Below are positions 1 through 11,576 of a DNA stretch of 56,574 nucleotides, piece by piece. The position numbers were made by a program, and so were the translations under genes. Origin of the DNA: Macrostomum lignano (Eukaryota). How positions within the stretch are numbered: position 1 is the first letter of the stretch; each line of letters opens with the position of its first letter. The notes beneath the pieces are model-generated. The model ran no database searches, had not been told where the DNA came from, and saw only the letters and a program-made list of their open reading frames with translations. The stretch lies in contig NIVC01002644.1 in assembly GCA_002269645.1 (NCBI GenBank), positions 1 through 56,574 on the forward strand, written 5' to 3'.

Positions 1-164
1 TTACGTCTTTGACGAGCAAAATAAAGTTGGAAGTTAAAAGTTTGCGACAAAAATCCCCACATCTTCAATTGCAGACTGCCATATCTTTGATTTTTATCGA
101 ATTGCAATGGAAAATCTATAATACCGGTAGAATAAGCGTATGAATAAAGGTTGGAAAGTTAGAA

Positions 165-395
165 GATATGAGCTGTACATGATCTGTAAGATCTAGAAAA
201 GGGAGAAATGTGCTGCACATGATCTGTAAGACCTGGGAGATATGTGCTGTACATGATCTGAAAAGATATAGGAGACATGTGTTGTACATGATCTGTAAGA
301 TCTAGAAGAAAGATAAGTGCTGTGCATGATCTGTGAGATCTGGGAGATATGTGCTGCACATGATCTGCCAGATCTAGGAGATGTCTCCTAAGAGA
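165..395. repeat. Degenerate tandem repeat, ~6 copies of 34-40 bp (TGYACATGATCTGTAAGATCT...)
   Basis: ACATGATCTG recurs every 34-40 bp; boundaries approximate. Confidence 0.7.
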
Positions 396-686
396 TCCAA
401 GAGACATGTACATGTAACTGTTTATGCTTAGTACATACAGATCAGAAGGCAGGCACTACATGTAAACCAATACTCGTCAGAGGTATTTGAAGTTCTAGAC
501 AGTATCTTGCAATTATTTATCATTTGCTCAAATCTCGTTAAAATCTAATTTAGCTACTACAAGTAGAGTATGAAGATTATAGACATAAAAAAGATCTAGA
601 AGGGGTTGATGCTTGGCTTTATGTTTTTATTTAATTTCATTGTATAACACGGATCGTTCTCGAGAAAAGATAAGCAAACAAAAAGT

Positions 687-943
687 TTTAGCGGCTTGCG
701 AAAACGAAGTAAGTTGCAAGCGAGAAAAGTGAAAGTTTATTTGCTTTATGCGTTAAGTATAAATAAATTAAGCACGCGATCACATGGGGAGGTGCGCCAA
801 AAAGGTGGCACGATTGAAGGCCACCCCCCCCCGACTTAGCATACTGACTGTCTGTCCGAGTACACCACCCCCAGCCTGGCGGGCAGGGGGTTTCAGTGCA
901 GATGTACTCGCAATCGCTGGCTGCCGCTGATTGGGCCGCCACA
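687..943 (-). repeat. 3' LTR of Gypsy element 1 (257 bp)
   Basis: Matches 4817-5070 except within two C-rich runs and one G/C indel; minus-strand termini TG...AA. Confidence 0.95.
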
Positions 944-957
944 CAGCTCCCCCCAGC
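944..957 (-). promoter_or_regulatory. Polypurine tract (GGGGGGAG) of element 1
   Basis: GGGGGGAG at 947-954 on minus strand, 3 nt before the 3' LTR start TGTGG. Confidence 0.75.
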
Positions 958-963
958 ACCGAG

Positions 964-3900
964 CTATGTGTCGAAAACCGTTCGGCGGCACCGGCGTGGC
1001 GGCTGCCGGCGGCTGGGGAGGGCGGCCTGGGATTGCTGGCTGTCGGCGGCGGCCGAGGGTGGTACAGGCCGCTTAGGCGGGCGGCCTCTTGGTCGTACAG
1101 ATGGCAGCGGGACCGGCTCTCGCGAGTCGATGATGGCCGGCTTCAACCTGTCGACTGTCACGCGGTCCTGGCGCGTCCCCAGGTCGAGCAGGAAGGTCTT
1201 GGCGTCCCGCTCGAGGACCTTGAATGGGCCGTCATACGGCTTCTGCAGCGGGGCTCGGTGACCGTCGCGCCGGACGAACACGAACGGGCAGGCATCGAGT
1301 GCGGCGGGCCAGGCGGTCGGGCGGCAGCCGTGATGCGCCGTGGGTGTCGGCCGGAACGCCTGGACTGCGTCGCGGAGCCGAACGAGAAACTGGTCGTGGC
1401 CTTCGGTTGCCGGGCTGGGCTGCAGGCACTCGCCGGGCATGCAGAGGGGCGCTCCGTAAGACCAGCTCAGCCGACGATGCCGGCAGGTCCTCCTTGGGCG
1501 CCGTCCGGATGCCGAGCAGCACCCAGGGCAGCTCGCTAACCCAGGCCGGTCCCGTCAGCCGCGCCCTGAGGGCGGCCTTCAGCTGCCGATGGAACCGCTC
1601 GACCAGCCCGTTCGCCTGCGGATGGAAGGCCGTAGTCCGGTGCAGCTGCATGCCGAGCAGCGGGAGACGTTGGACCAGAGCTGCGACGTGAACTGCGAGC
1701 CGCGGTCCGAGGTGAGGTCACCCGGCACGCCAAATCGGGCAACCCAGTGGGCGATGAAGGCGGAGGCACAGGCTGCGGCGGAAGTGTCAGTCATCGGGAT
1801 CGCCTCCGGCCACCTGGTGAATCGGTCAACGATCGTCAGCAGATGCGTAAAGCCTTGAGACGACGGCAGCGGCCCCACCAAGTCGACATGCACGTGGGCG
1901 AAGCGCTGGTCTGGGACGCGAATGCTCTCTACCGGGGCGGTGACGTGCCGATGCACCTTGGCCGTCTGGCAGGCTACGCAAGTGCGCGCCCACCGGCTGA
2001 CGTCCCGGTTCATGCCAGCCCACACGAATTTGGCGGCCACGAGGCGCCGCGTGCTGCGGACTGACGGTGGGCGAGGCCGTGGATGGCGTCGAAGACGGCG
2101 CGGCGGAAATCCGGAGGCACCAGCGGGCGCGGCCGGCCGGTCGAGATGTCGCACAGCAGGGCGACGCCAGGGCTGAGCTGCAGCGGCTCGAGCTGAAGGC
2201 TAGCGTCCTCTTGGGCAGTCGGGTCTGCTGTCTGCGCCTGCGCCATGGCCGCGAAGTCCACACCGGGTAGCAGCCGGGGCTGCACCGAGGCGATCGTGCA
2301 GCGGGACAGCGCGTCCGCCACCGGGTTGTCCTTGCCCGCCACGTGCTGGACATCGGTGGTGAACTCAGACACGTACGCCAGAGCATGCCGCTGCTGTCGT
2401 GCTGACCACGGGTCCGACATCTTAGACATGGCCGCGACGAGTGGCTTGTGGTCCGTGAAGGCGGTGAAGGCGCGGCCCTCGAGCGCGTAGCGGAAATGCC
2501 GGACCGCCAGGTACAGGGCAAGCAGCTCACGGTCGAACGCGCTGTACTTCTGCTCAGGCGCTCGGAGCTGCCGGCTGAAGAAAGCGAGCGGCTGCCACGC
2601 GCCGCCCACCCGCTGCTCGAGCGCTGCGCCGACGGCGGTGTCCGAGGCGTCGACAGTGAGGGCGATGGGCGCGTCCGCCCGCGGGTGCGCCAACAGTGCG
2701 GCGGAAGCCAGTGCCCGCTTGGCTCCTTCGAAGGCGGCAGTCAGCTCGGGTGTCCACCTCACGAGCTTCTCCTTGCCAGCAGTGGCCGCATGGATGGGGC
2801 GCAGCAGCTGGGCGGCGCGCGGCACGAAGCGGTGGTAGAAATTCACCATGCCGGCGAACTCCTGCAGGCCCTTGACGGTGGCTGGCGGCGCGAACCTGGC
2901 GATGGCGTCGACTTTGGCGGGCAGCGGCACGGCTCCCTGGGCGCTGATCCGGTGGCCGAGGAAGTCGATCTCACTGCGGCCGAACTCGCACTTCGCCGGG
3001 TTGATGATCAGACCGTTGTCCGCCAGGCGCTGGAACAGCGTGCGCAGGTGCTCCAGGTGCTGCTGCGGGCTGCGGCTGGCGACTAGGAAATCGTCGATGT
3101 AGGCGAAAACGAAGTCGAGATCCTGGCAGACGGAGTCCACCAACCGCTGGAAGGCCTGGGCGGCGTTCTTGAGCTTGAACGGCATTCGCAGGAACTCGAA
3201 GAGGCCGAACGGGGTGATGACGGCGGTCTTGGGCAGCATCGGCCGCAGCCACGGGCACCTGGTGGTAGCCGCGAACCAGGTCGATCTTGGAGAAGACCGA
3301 GCACCCGGCCAGGCGCGCTGAAAAGTCCTGAATATGCGGCACCGGGTAACGGTCGGGCACCGTGGCATCGTTGAGCCGCCGGAAATCGCCGCAGGGACGC
3401 CAGCCGCCCGAGGCCTTGGGCACCATGTGCAGCGGTGAGGACCACGGGCTGTTGGACCGGCGCACGATGCCGAGCTGCTCCAGAAGCCGGAACTCCTCCT
3501 TGGCCACCGCCAGCTTGTCCGGCGGCAGGCGGCGAGGGCGGGCGTGGACCGGCGGGCCCTGCGTCGGGATGTGGTGCTCCACCCCGTGCCGTGGCGCAGC
3601 CCGCTGGAAACTGGGCTCGGTGAGAGCGGGGAACTCGGCCAGCAGCTGGCTGTACGGGTCCGCGGTGGCAGCCGCGGCGAGCTGCAGACCAGGCCCGATG
3701 CCGTCCAGCAGGTGCACGCTGGCGAGCGAGCGAGCGTCCAGGAGCCGCCGGTGCGGCAGGTCCACCAGCAGGCCGTGGTGGCGGAGGAAGTCCGCGCTGA
3801 TCAGCGGGCGCGAGACTTCGGCCAAGACGAACGGCCAGGAGCAGCGCTTGATGCCGAGGTCGAGCGTGAGCTGCCGGGAGCCGAAGGTGCGTATCAGGCT

Positions 3901-4092
3901 GCCATTGGCTGCGTAAAGCGGCGGGCCAGTGGACCGCAGGCGTGCATCGGTGCCAGTGACAGGGAAGATGCTGACCTCGGCGCCCGTGTCGACCAGGAAA
4001 CGCCGGCCCGTCAGCACATCGGGAATGAGCAACAGGTTGCTGTTGTTGCCGGCCGCCGAGCTGTTCACTGACGGCCGGCCTGCCCGTTTCCC
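964..4092 (-). pseudogene. pol: pol (protease [15 protein letters not shown], RNase H DAS..E..TDHKPL, integrase HHCC/DDE, GPF tail), split by four 1-bp frameshifts
   Basis: Joined from ORFs 2971-4212, 2010-3368, 1579-2154, 1232-1651 and 964-1440; frame switches near 3236, 2066, 1663 and 1460. Confidence 0.9.
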
Positions 4093-4786
4093 TGGAAGCT
4101 GCAGGGTGCCTCGCAGCGATGGGCCTTCGCGCCGAACCGGCGATGATAAAAGCACAGCCAGCTGTCCTGACCGCGCTGTGGGGGCCGATGTTGCCGGGCC
4201 GGGTGGCCGCACCTGCTGGCTGAAGCCACCGCCGGCTGGTCAGGCGGTGGGGAGGTCGCCACCGCTGGCTGCTGGACGGAGGCAGCGGTGAGCTGCGGCC
4301 TGCTGGCCCACAGCCTGTCGGCGAGCTGCGCTGCTTGCCGAGGCTCCGCGAAGTCGGCGGTTGCCATGGCCATGCGCACGTCCGGCGGCAGCTGCTGGCG
4401 GAACAGCTCTTCGAAGAGCAGGCACGGTGGGTGGTCTCCCAGCAGGGCGAGCATCTCATCCATGAGTTCTGAGGGCTGCCGATCACCGAGGCTGGTCATG
4501 TTGAGCAGGCGACTGGCCCTCTGCTGCCTCGTCAAGTCGAAGGTGCCTTTGAGACGTTGCTTCAGCGTCTCGTACTTGCCCTCTGCTGGGGGAGCCTCTA
4601 AAATGTCGAGGAGGCGTTCAGCCGTTTGCTGGTCGAGCGCTGCCACCAAGTAGTTGTACTTGGTGGCATCTTGCGTGATTCCGCGCAGAGAAAACTGGGC
4701 TTCGGCTTGAATGAACCATGCGCGGGTTGAGCTGCCCAAAACGTGGGCAGTTTGAGAGAGACAGCTGCCTCTGTGTTGGAAGCCAT
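4065..4786 (-). CDS. gag: Gag with CHCC zinc motif; 1-bp deletion in a C-run near 4724-4726
   Basis: [21 protein letters not shown] joins (R)[10 protein letters not shown]...; LPxFW...WFxQxEAQF is the typical N-terminus of this Gag class. Confidence 0.88.
4086..4092 (-). promoter_or_regulatory. -1 ribosomal frameshift heptamer G GGA AAC at the gag/pol overlap
   Basis: X XXY YYZ pattern in the gag frame (CAG GGA AAC), shortly before the gag stop; pol is in the -1 frame. Confidence 0.8.
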
Positions 4787-4800
4787 TGCACGAAATAGCT

Positions 4801-4815
4801 ATGTCGGGCTCACCA
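4801..4815 (-). promoter_or_regulatory. Primer-binding site TGGTGAGCCCGACAT (tRNA-Trp-like)
   Basis: 1 nt inside the 5' LTR; 13/15 match to the complement of the animal tRNA-Trp 3' end (TGGTGACCCCGACGT, recalled from memory). Confidence 0.8.
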
Positions 4816-4816
4816 A

Positions 4817-5070
4817 TTTAGCGGCTTGCGAAAACGAAGTAAGTTGCAAGCGAGAAAAGTGAAAGTTTATTTGCTTTATGCGTTAAGTATAAATAAATTA
4901 AGCACGCGATCACATGGGGAGGTGCGCCAAAAAGGTGGCACGATTGAAGGCCAACCCCCCGACTTAGCATACTGACTGTCTGTCCGAGTACACCCCCCAG
5001 CCTGGCGGGCAGGGGGTTTCAGTGCAGATGTACTCGCAATCGCTGGCTGCGCGCTGATTGGGCCGCCACA
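4817..5070 (-). repeat. 5' LTR of Gypsy element 1 (254 bp)
   Basis: Near-identical to 687-943. Confidence 0.95.
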
Positions 5071-5644
5071 AAGTACAAATAAAAGTTAGTGCTTATTACA
5101 AAGCAACACGGGCTAAATAAAGATGTCAATCAATCAACGCAGCTGCATTATAATTAGAGGTAATTATTCAATTGACAGCTCAAATTTATTAATTCTCAAG
5201 AAAACAACCGTTTGCATAGTTTCGAATGTAGTTTCGCGAGTAAGTAAAGTTGACTTTAAAAATGTAAAAACAAGTGGATTATACTACTGACAAGACGGCC
5301 ATAGTAAGTAGGATCGGTAGTAGCGACAGGGTTTTTGTAGAATGGCACAGTGTTTCACATCGAATAAGAAGATTTGATGAATAGCGAAAATTAAAAAGCA
5401 TTGTAAAAATCGAATGATTTGAATATTTTCTAGCGCGATAGAACTGTTTCAATTTTGCTCAGTGACTAGATTATAATTGTGACAGATTTGATCTTTTGAT
5501 TTGGAATATGCAGAGACAGATGAAAAACACACAACAGCTGTATAGAAGGAATTAATCTTTCTTTGAGTATCTCAAATTGAAACAAAATTTAGCTTTTTTG
5601 GAAAGAATTTAAAAAAATTTGAAAGAGAAAAACACACTTATAGG

Positions 5645-6300
5645 ACTAGCGATTCCCTGCTTCTCTACCGGGGGATTCCCAGTTTCCCTATTTATGGATT
5701 CCCAGCTTCCCTATTGGGGGATTCCCTGCTTCTCTATTTGGGGATTCCCAGCTTCCCTATTTGGGGATTCCCAGCTTCCCTATTTGGGGATTCCCAGCTA
5801 CCCTATTTGGGATTTCCAGCTTCCCTATTTGGGGATTCCCAGCTTCCCTATTGGGGGATTCCCTGCTTCTCTATTTGGGGATTCCCAGTTTCCCTATTTA
5901 TGGATTCCCAGCTTCCCTATGGGGGGATTCCCTGTTTCTCTATTTGGGGATTCCCAGCTTCCCTATTTGGGGATTCCCAGCTACCCTATTTGGGGATTCC
6001 CAGCTTCCCTATTTGGGGATTCCCAGCTTCCCTATCGGGGGATTTCCAGCTTTTCTATAGGGGATTTCCAGCTTCCCTATTTGGGGATTCCCAGCTTCCC
6101 TATTTGGGGATTCCCAGCTACCCTATTTGGGATTTCCAGCTTCCCTATTTGGGGATTCCCAGCTTCCCTATTTGGGGATTCCCAGCTTCCCTATTTGGGG
6201 ATTCCCAGCTACCCTATTTGGGGATTCCCAGCTTCCCTATTTGGGGATTCCCAGCTTCCCTATTTGGGGATTCCCAGCTACCCTATTTGGGGGATTCCCT
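5645..6300. repeat. 23-bp minisatellite (GGGGATTCCCAGCTTCCCTATTT), ~28 copies, downstream of the PDIA3 stop
   Basis: Direct tandem periodicity. Confidence 0.95.
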
Positions 6301-6362
6301 CATTCGGGGACTCTAATCGGCATAAAGCTTCATCTCAGCGTCATAGCAGCAGAGCAACCAAC

Positions 6363-9300
6363 CTACAGCTCCTGCTTGCCAGGAGACTTCTTCGGATTGC
6401 CGGACCTGTCGAATTCATCCAACTCATCAGTAGCCTCCCTAGCCAGGTAGTTAATGAAATCTTTGACCTCCCGGCCGCCCTCGTAGGCTCTGGATTGGCC
6501 TTGTCGTTGCGAGGTGCAAAGTAGATCGTTGGGAAGCCGCGCACTGAGTAGGGCTGCGGCACATCGTTGGCGGTGGCGTCCATCTTGGCGATGACGATTC
6601 CAGACTCCTTGGCCAGTTTCTGGGCCAGCTCCTCATATTTCGGCGCCAAACTCTTGCAGTGGCCGCACCAGGGGGCGTAGAATTCGATCAGGACGTCCTT
6701 GGCGGGGTCGTTGACCAGCGAGTCGAAGTTGTTGGCCACCACCACCTTGACGGGGTCGGGCTGGGACTCTGGCACCGGCTCCGACTTCAGGTAGGGCGTG
6801 AGCCGGTCCGCCAGGAAGTCGTGCAAGAACGAGTCGAATGTCTCCATGCGGGGGGGGGGGAGGGTAGTGGGGATTTTCAGCTTGGCAGACAGTTTATAGG
6901 AATCATAGGGCCAAGATGGAAAGCTCAGATCGAAGGATACGGGAGGCTGGCGGTGGCCCAGCAGCTGAGGATCTGGGAGGCTGGCGGTGGCCCAGCAGCT
7001 GAGGATCTGGGAGGCTGGCCCAGCAACTGAGGATCTGGGAGGCTGGCCCAGCAACTGAGGATCTGGGAGGCTGGCTCAGCAACTGAGGATCTGGGAAGCT
7101 GGCCAGCAGCTGAGGATCTGGGAGGCTGGCCCAAAGACTGAGGATCTGAGAGACTGGCCCAGCAACTGAGGATCTGGGAGGCTGGCCCAAAGACTGAGGA
7201 TCTGAGAGGCTGGCCCAGCAACTGAGGATCTGGGAGGCTGGCTCAGCAACTGAGGATCTGGGAAGCTGGCCAGCAGCTGAGGATCTGGGAGGCTGGCCCA
7301 AAGACTGAGGATCTGAGAGGCTGGCCCAGCAACTGAGGATCTGGGAGGCTGGCCCAAAGACTGAGGATCTGGGAGGCTGGCCCAGCAACTGAGGATCTGG
7401 GAGGCTGGCCCAAAGACTGAGGATCTGGGAGGCTGGCCCAGCAACTGAGGATCTGGAGGGCTGGCCCAAAGACTGAGGATCTGGGAGGCTGGCCCAAAGA
7501 CTGAGGATCTGGGAGGCTGGCCCAGCAACTGAGGATCTGGGAGGCTGGCCCAGCAACTGAGGATCTGGGAGGCTGGCCCAGCAACTGAGGATCTGGGAGG
7601 CTGGCCCAAAGACTGAGGATCTGGGAGGCTGGCCCAGCAACTGAGGATCTGGAGGGCTGGCCCAAAGACTGAGGATCTGGGAGGCTGGCCCAAAGACTGA
7701 GGATCTGGGAGGCTGGCCCAGAAACTGAGGATCTGGGAGGCTGGCCCAGCAACTGAGGATCTGGGAGGCTGGCAACAAAGCATGAGAAGTGCAGACATGA
7801 CTCATCCAAGCCTAACGGAAGCGGATCAGAGGTCATTACCTGAACTCCTCGGCCATAACAAACTTGCGCCCCTTGGTGTCCCTAATCGTCACCAGCACTT
7901 TCTGCTCGTCGGGGGTCTGGACGCCGAATTCGGCCAGCTCCTGCCGCATCGATTCGGCGTTGGCGATGCAGAATCTCAAGCCGGAGACTGCGTGCTTTTT
8001 AGCAATCTTCATCAGGCGATTACGCCAATAATTGGTGCCCTTGGCGTTGCGCTGATGGTCCACCGAGTAATAGGCGGTCACCAGGGGGAGGCCGCCAACA
8101 TTGAAGTGCTTGCTGTTCGACGCCGTGCGCTGCCCGGCCAGGCCGAAGCTGATGATTTGGGGGGGGGCGGAGTGACGGCAGAGTTAGGGGCGGATTTTTA
8201 ACAAATTGAGGCGGATATATAATAATTGGGGGCGGATTTGCAATAAACTGGAGCGGATTTTGAGTAATTCAAGACGGATTTTTTCTTAATTGGGGGGGGG
8301 CGGATTTTCAGCAAAATTGGGGGCGGATTTGTAACAAATTACGGGGCGGATTTTAGTGCCAATATTCCGAAATATTTAGAGATTAGTTAATAGCGGATTA
8401 ATAAGTTATCGAAGAGCAAATCCAGACGGAAAACATGGACGCCAGCCCATTCAGCTCACACGTTAGCTCCAATCCACTGCTTAAGCGTCTCGGCGTCCAT
8501 GGAGCCAGCGTAGGCTTCGGTGTCCGGCTCGAATTTGCTGCGCAGCTTGCGCGGCCGGACAACGGCGATGCTGTCGGCTTCGAAGCCGTGGCGAGAGTTC
8601 AACTCAGCAGACAGGCTGTGCGCAAAGCTGAAGTCTTCGTTTAGCGAGTCGGCAGCCTAGCGATTAGCAATTTAACAAAGCTAGTTAGATGATGAGCTAT
8701 TTTGCACCAGAGGCACAGCTATAGTTACTCGTGCCGTTTACTTTTAAGAATAATTAGGTGACGAGGCTTTTTAAAATAGAAGCAGATTTAGATTTACTCC
8801 TGCCGTTTACTCTAGAGTTTTACTATACTGTTAGCTAAAAATTACCTTTTTAAACACTCGATAGGCCTGGGACGATTCGTCCGTAAAAAAGCCGGCAATG
8901 AACGGTTCAACGCCGTCTAGAAGACGATTGAAATCGGCGTCCTCGGCTAGTAGGCGGGAGCTCGGGCCAGCCTTGGTCTTCATGTACTTGACTATGCCGT
9001 CGGTGTCGCGGGGACCCTGGAGACAAAAAATGAAATAATTAAATATTATTATAATACCAGACTAAGAATATGGTTTAAACTGCCTAATACGGTTTTAATT
9101 GTAACTAATCGTCTCTAAGTTGTGTATAAATTGCGCCTGTCATCCCTCAAGGTCGTGTCTAACTCGCCCCTCCCGTCAAGGTCGTGTCTAAATTGCCCCC
9201 CGCCACCTCAAGGTCGTGTTTAAATTGCTTCCGCCATCTCAAGGTCGTGTCTAAATTCCCCCACCACCTCAAGGTCGTGTCTAAATTCCCCCACCACCTC

Positions 9301-11576
9301 AAGGTCGTGTCTAAATTCCCCCACCACCCCAAGGCCGTGTCTAAATTGCTCCCGCCACCTCAAGGTCGTGTTTAAATTGCTTCCGCCATCTCAAGGTCGT
9401 GTCTAAATTCCCCCACCACCTCAAGGTCGTGTCTAAACTTCCCCATCACCTCAAGGTCGTGTCTAAATTCCCCCACCACCTCAAGGTCGTGTCTAAATTC
9501 CCCCACCATCTCAAGGTCGTGTCTAAATTCCCCCACCACCTCAAGGTCGTGTCTAAACTTCCCCATCACCTCAAGGTCGTGTCTAAACTTCCCCATCACC
9601 TCAAGGTCGTGTCTAAACTTCCCCATCACCTCAAGGTCGTGTCTAAATTCCCCCACCACCTCAAGGTCGTGTCTAAATTCCCCCACCATCTCAAGGTCGT
9701 GTCTAAATTCCCCCACCACCTCAAGGTCGTGTCTAAACTTCCCCATCACCTCAAGGTCGTGTCTAAATTCCCCACCACCTCAAGGTCGTGTCTAAATTCC
9801 CCCACCACCTCAAGGTCGTGTCTAAATTCCCCCACCACCTCAAGGTCGTGTCTAAACTTCCCCATCACCTCAAGGTCGTGTCTAAATTCCCCCACCATCT
9901 CAAGGTCGTGTCTAAATTCCCCCATCACCTCAAGGTCGTGTCTAAACTTCCCCATCACCTCAAGGTCGTGTCTAAACTTCCCCATCACCTCAAGGTCGTG
10001 TCTAAATTCCCCCATCACCTCAAGGTCGTGTCTAAACTTCCCCATCACCTCAAGGTCGTGTCTAAACTTCCCCATCACCTCAAGGTCGTGTCTAAATTCC
10101 CCCACCATCTCAAGGTCGTGTCTAAATTCCCCCACCACCTCAAGGTCGTGTCTAAACTTCCCCATCACCTCAAGGTCGTGTCTAAACTTCCCCATCACCT
10201 CAAGGTCGTGTCTAAATCGCCCCGCCCACCTCAAGTCGTCTAAATCGCGACTCCCTCAAGGTCGAGCCTAAATCGCCTCCCCCCTCAAGGTCGTGTCTAA
10301 GTTGGCTCTCTAATGATGCTCTAATTATCATGCTCTAATTATCTTCAAAAGTATCGTCAGTTGCGTGGGGTTTTAGCTGTCAGCACAAATTGAGAACATG
10401 GAGAATTGCTGATCCCCAAGCGCTACCAACCTGATAGTCCGCGCTGAACTCGCCACCCTTGAATATCTTCAACGTTGGATAGCCGCTCACGCCGAATCGG
10501 CCGCAGACGTTTGTCTCAGCTGTGCAGTCCACTTTGGCCAGCGGCACCGGGACATCCTTGAGCCTGGTGGCTGCGGCCTCATATTCTGGTGCCAGGCGTT
10601 GGCAATGGCCGCACCTAAGGAAAAGGGTGAATTTATCTCATTAATTTATAAATGTTACTGAATTGGTTCATTTTCTATTGATGAGATGGTCCTCTGTAAA
10701 GTATAAATTAAAACTTCAGCAAAATAAGAGTTACTTAATTTAAAAATAATTCTTTTGTTTAAAAAAACTTATCGATTTAAACTTGATATATTAATTTTTT
10801 AAGAAACTTGCCTCTCTTTTTTTGCAATGTCCATTTAGATTAAAAGAAAATTTACATAGTTTAAGAATACTAAAAAATAAAATTTGCATTAACTTTATTC
10901 ACTTTTTTACTTAAAAACGAATTATGGAAGTTACACTGTTGCTTTTTGTGTAATGGAACATTAAAATATTAGTAAAAGCACTATACTTGTAGATATATAT
11001 GCATATATATATAATGTATATATAATAACTATTTCAGTAAAAAGATGAATATACTATTGACAATTTTAAAATAAAAAAAACAAATAGTCTACATTTTCCT
11101 TGCCATTTATTGCTGACATAAAAGAGATTTTTATTATACAATATTATTTTGTCTTTCATAGTATTTCACAAGTAGAAAACATAGTCATGTGAATTTCAAA
11201 TATATTTTAAGATCTTTTAAAATTATCTATATCTATAAACGGTTTTCCTACTTAGCTTGCTTTTTAAAGGCTCCTGATATAAAAGAACAGTACTGAGACA
11301 ATAAATAGCATAATCTCTAGATGTACCAAAGCAAGCAACATTTTAAGAAAAAAAATGGCCTGGAAGTATTTTAAGCTACAAAGGTTATTTTACTTAATTT
11401 CACAAAAAAATAAAAAAGACGCCAAAACTTTACCATGGAGCATAAAATTCCACAAGAATAACGTCATGTTGCTTGATATTTGTATCAAAATTTGCATCCG
11501 TAAACACTAACACATCAGATCCAAAAGCAAAGCCAAACAACAGACATAGAAAAGGGATACTAATTTTATACATCAT
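6363..11576 (-). CDS. PDIA3: Protein disulfide isomerase A3 / ERp57-like (signal peptide, two WCGHC sites, C-terminal KQEL), 6 exons
   Basis: Exons 11576-11434, 10614-10431, 9016-8846, 8656-8460, 8148-7840, 6848-6363. FYAPW|CGHC split across intron 1; [15 protein letters not shown] is ERp57-like. Total 1490 nt, 1 nt short: frameshift near 6488, and the last acceptor reads CG rather than AG. Confidence 0.92.
6935..7775. repeat. 28-bp minisatellite (GGAGGCTGGCCCAGCAACTGAGGATCTG), ~30 copies, PDIA3 intron 5
   Basis: Tandem periodicity; same unit at 18328-18380 and 53100-54190. Confidence 0.95.
8180..8400. repeat. Loose GGGGCGGATTT motif repeats in PDIA3 intron 4
   Basis: About nine irregularly spaced GCGGAT motifs. 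Confidence 0.5.
9145..10300. repeat. 30-bp minisatellite (CTCAAGGTCGTGTCTAAATTCCCCCACCAC), ~38 copies, PDIA3 intron 2
   Basis: Tandem periodicity. Confidence 0.95.

Larger units (their letters stand above)
687..5070 (-). mobile_element. Full-length Ty3/Gypsy LTR retrotransposon, CsRn1/Kabuki-like clade
   Basis: Paired LTRs 687-943 and 4817-5070; 4-bp TSD AAGT (683-686, 5071-5074); tRNA-Trp-like PBS; PPT; Gag with C-x2-H-x9-C-x3-C motif ([18 protein letters not shown]); order PR-RT-RH-IN. CHCC Gag and Trp PBS are features of the CsRn1 clade. Confidence 0.95.

Noticed and set aside
896-4653. Many plus-strand and alternative-frame ORFs over element 1
   Set aside because: Shadow ORFs of GC-rich gag/pol with no recognisable motifs.
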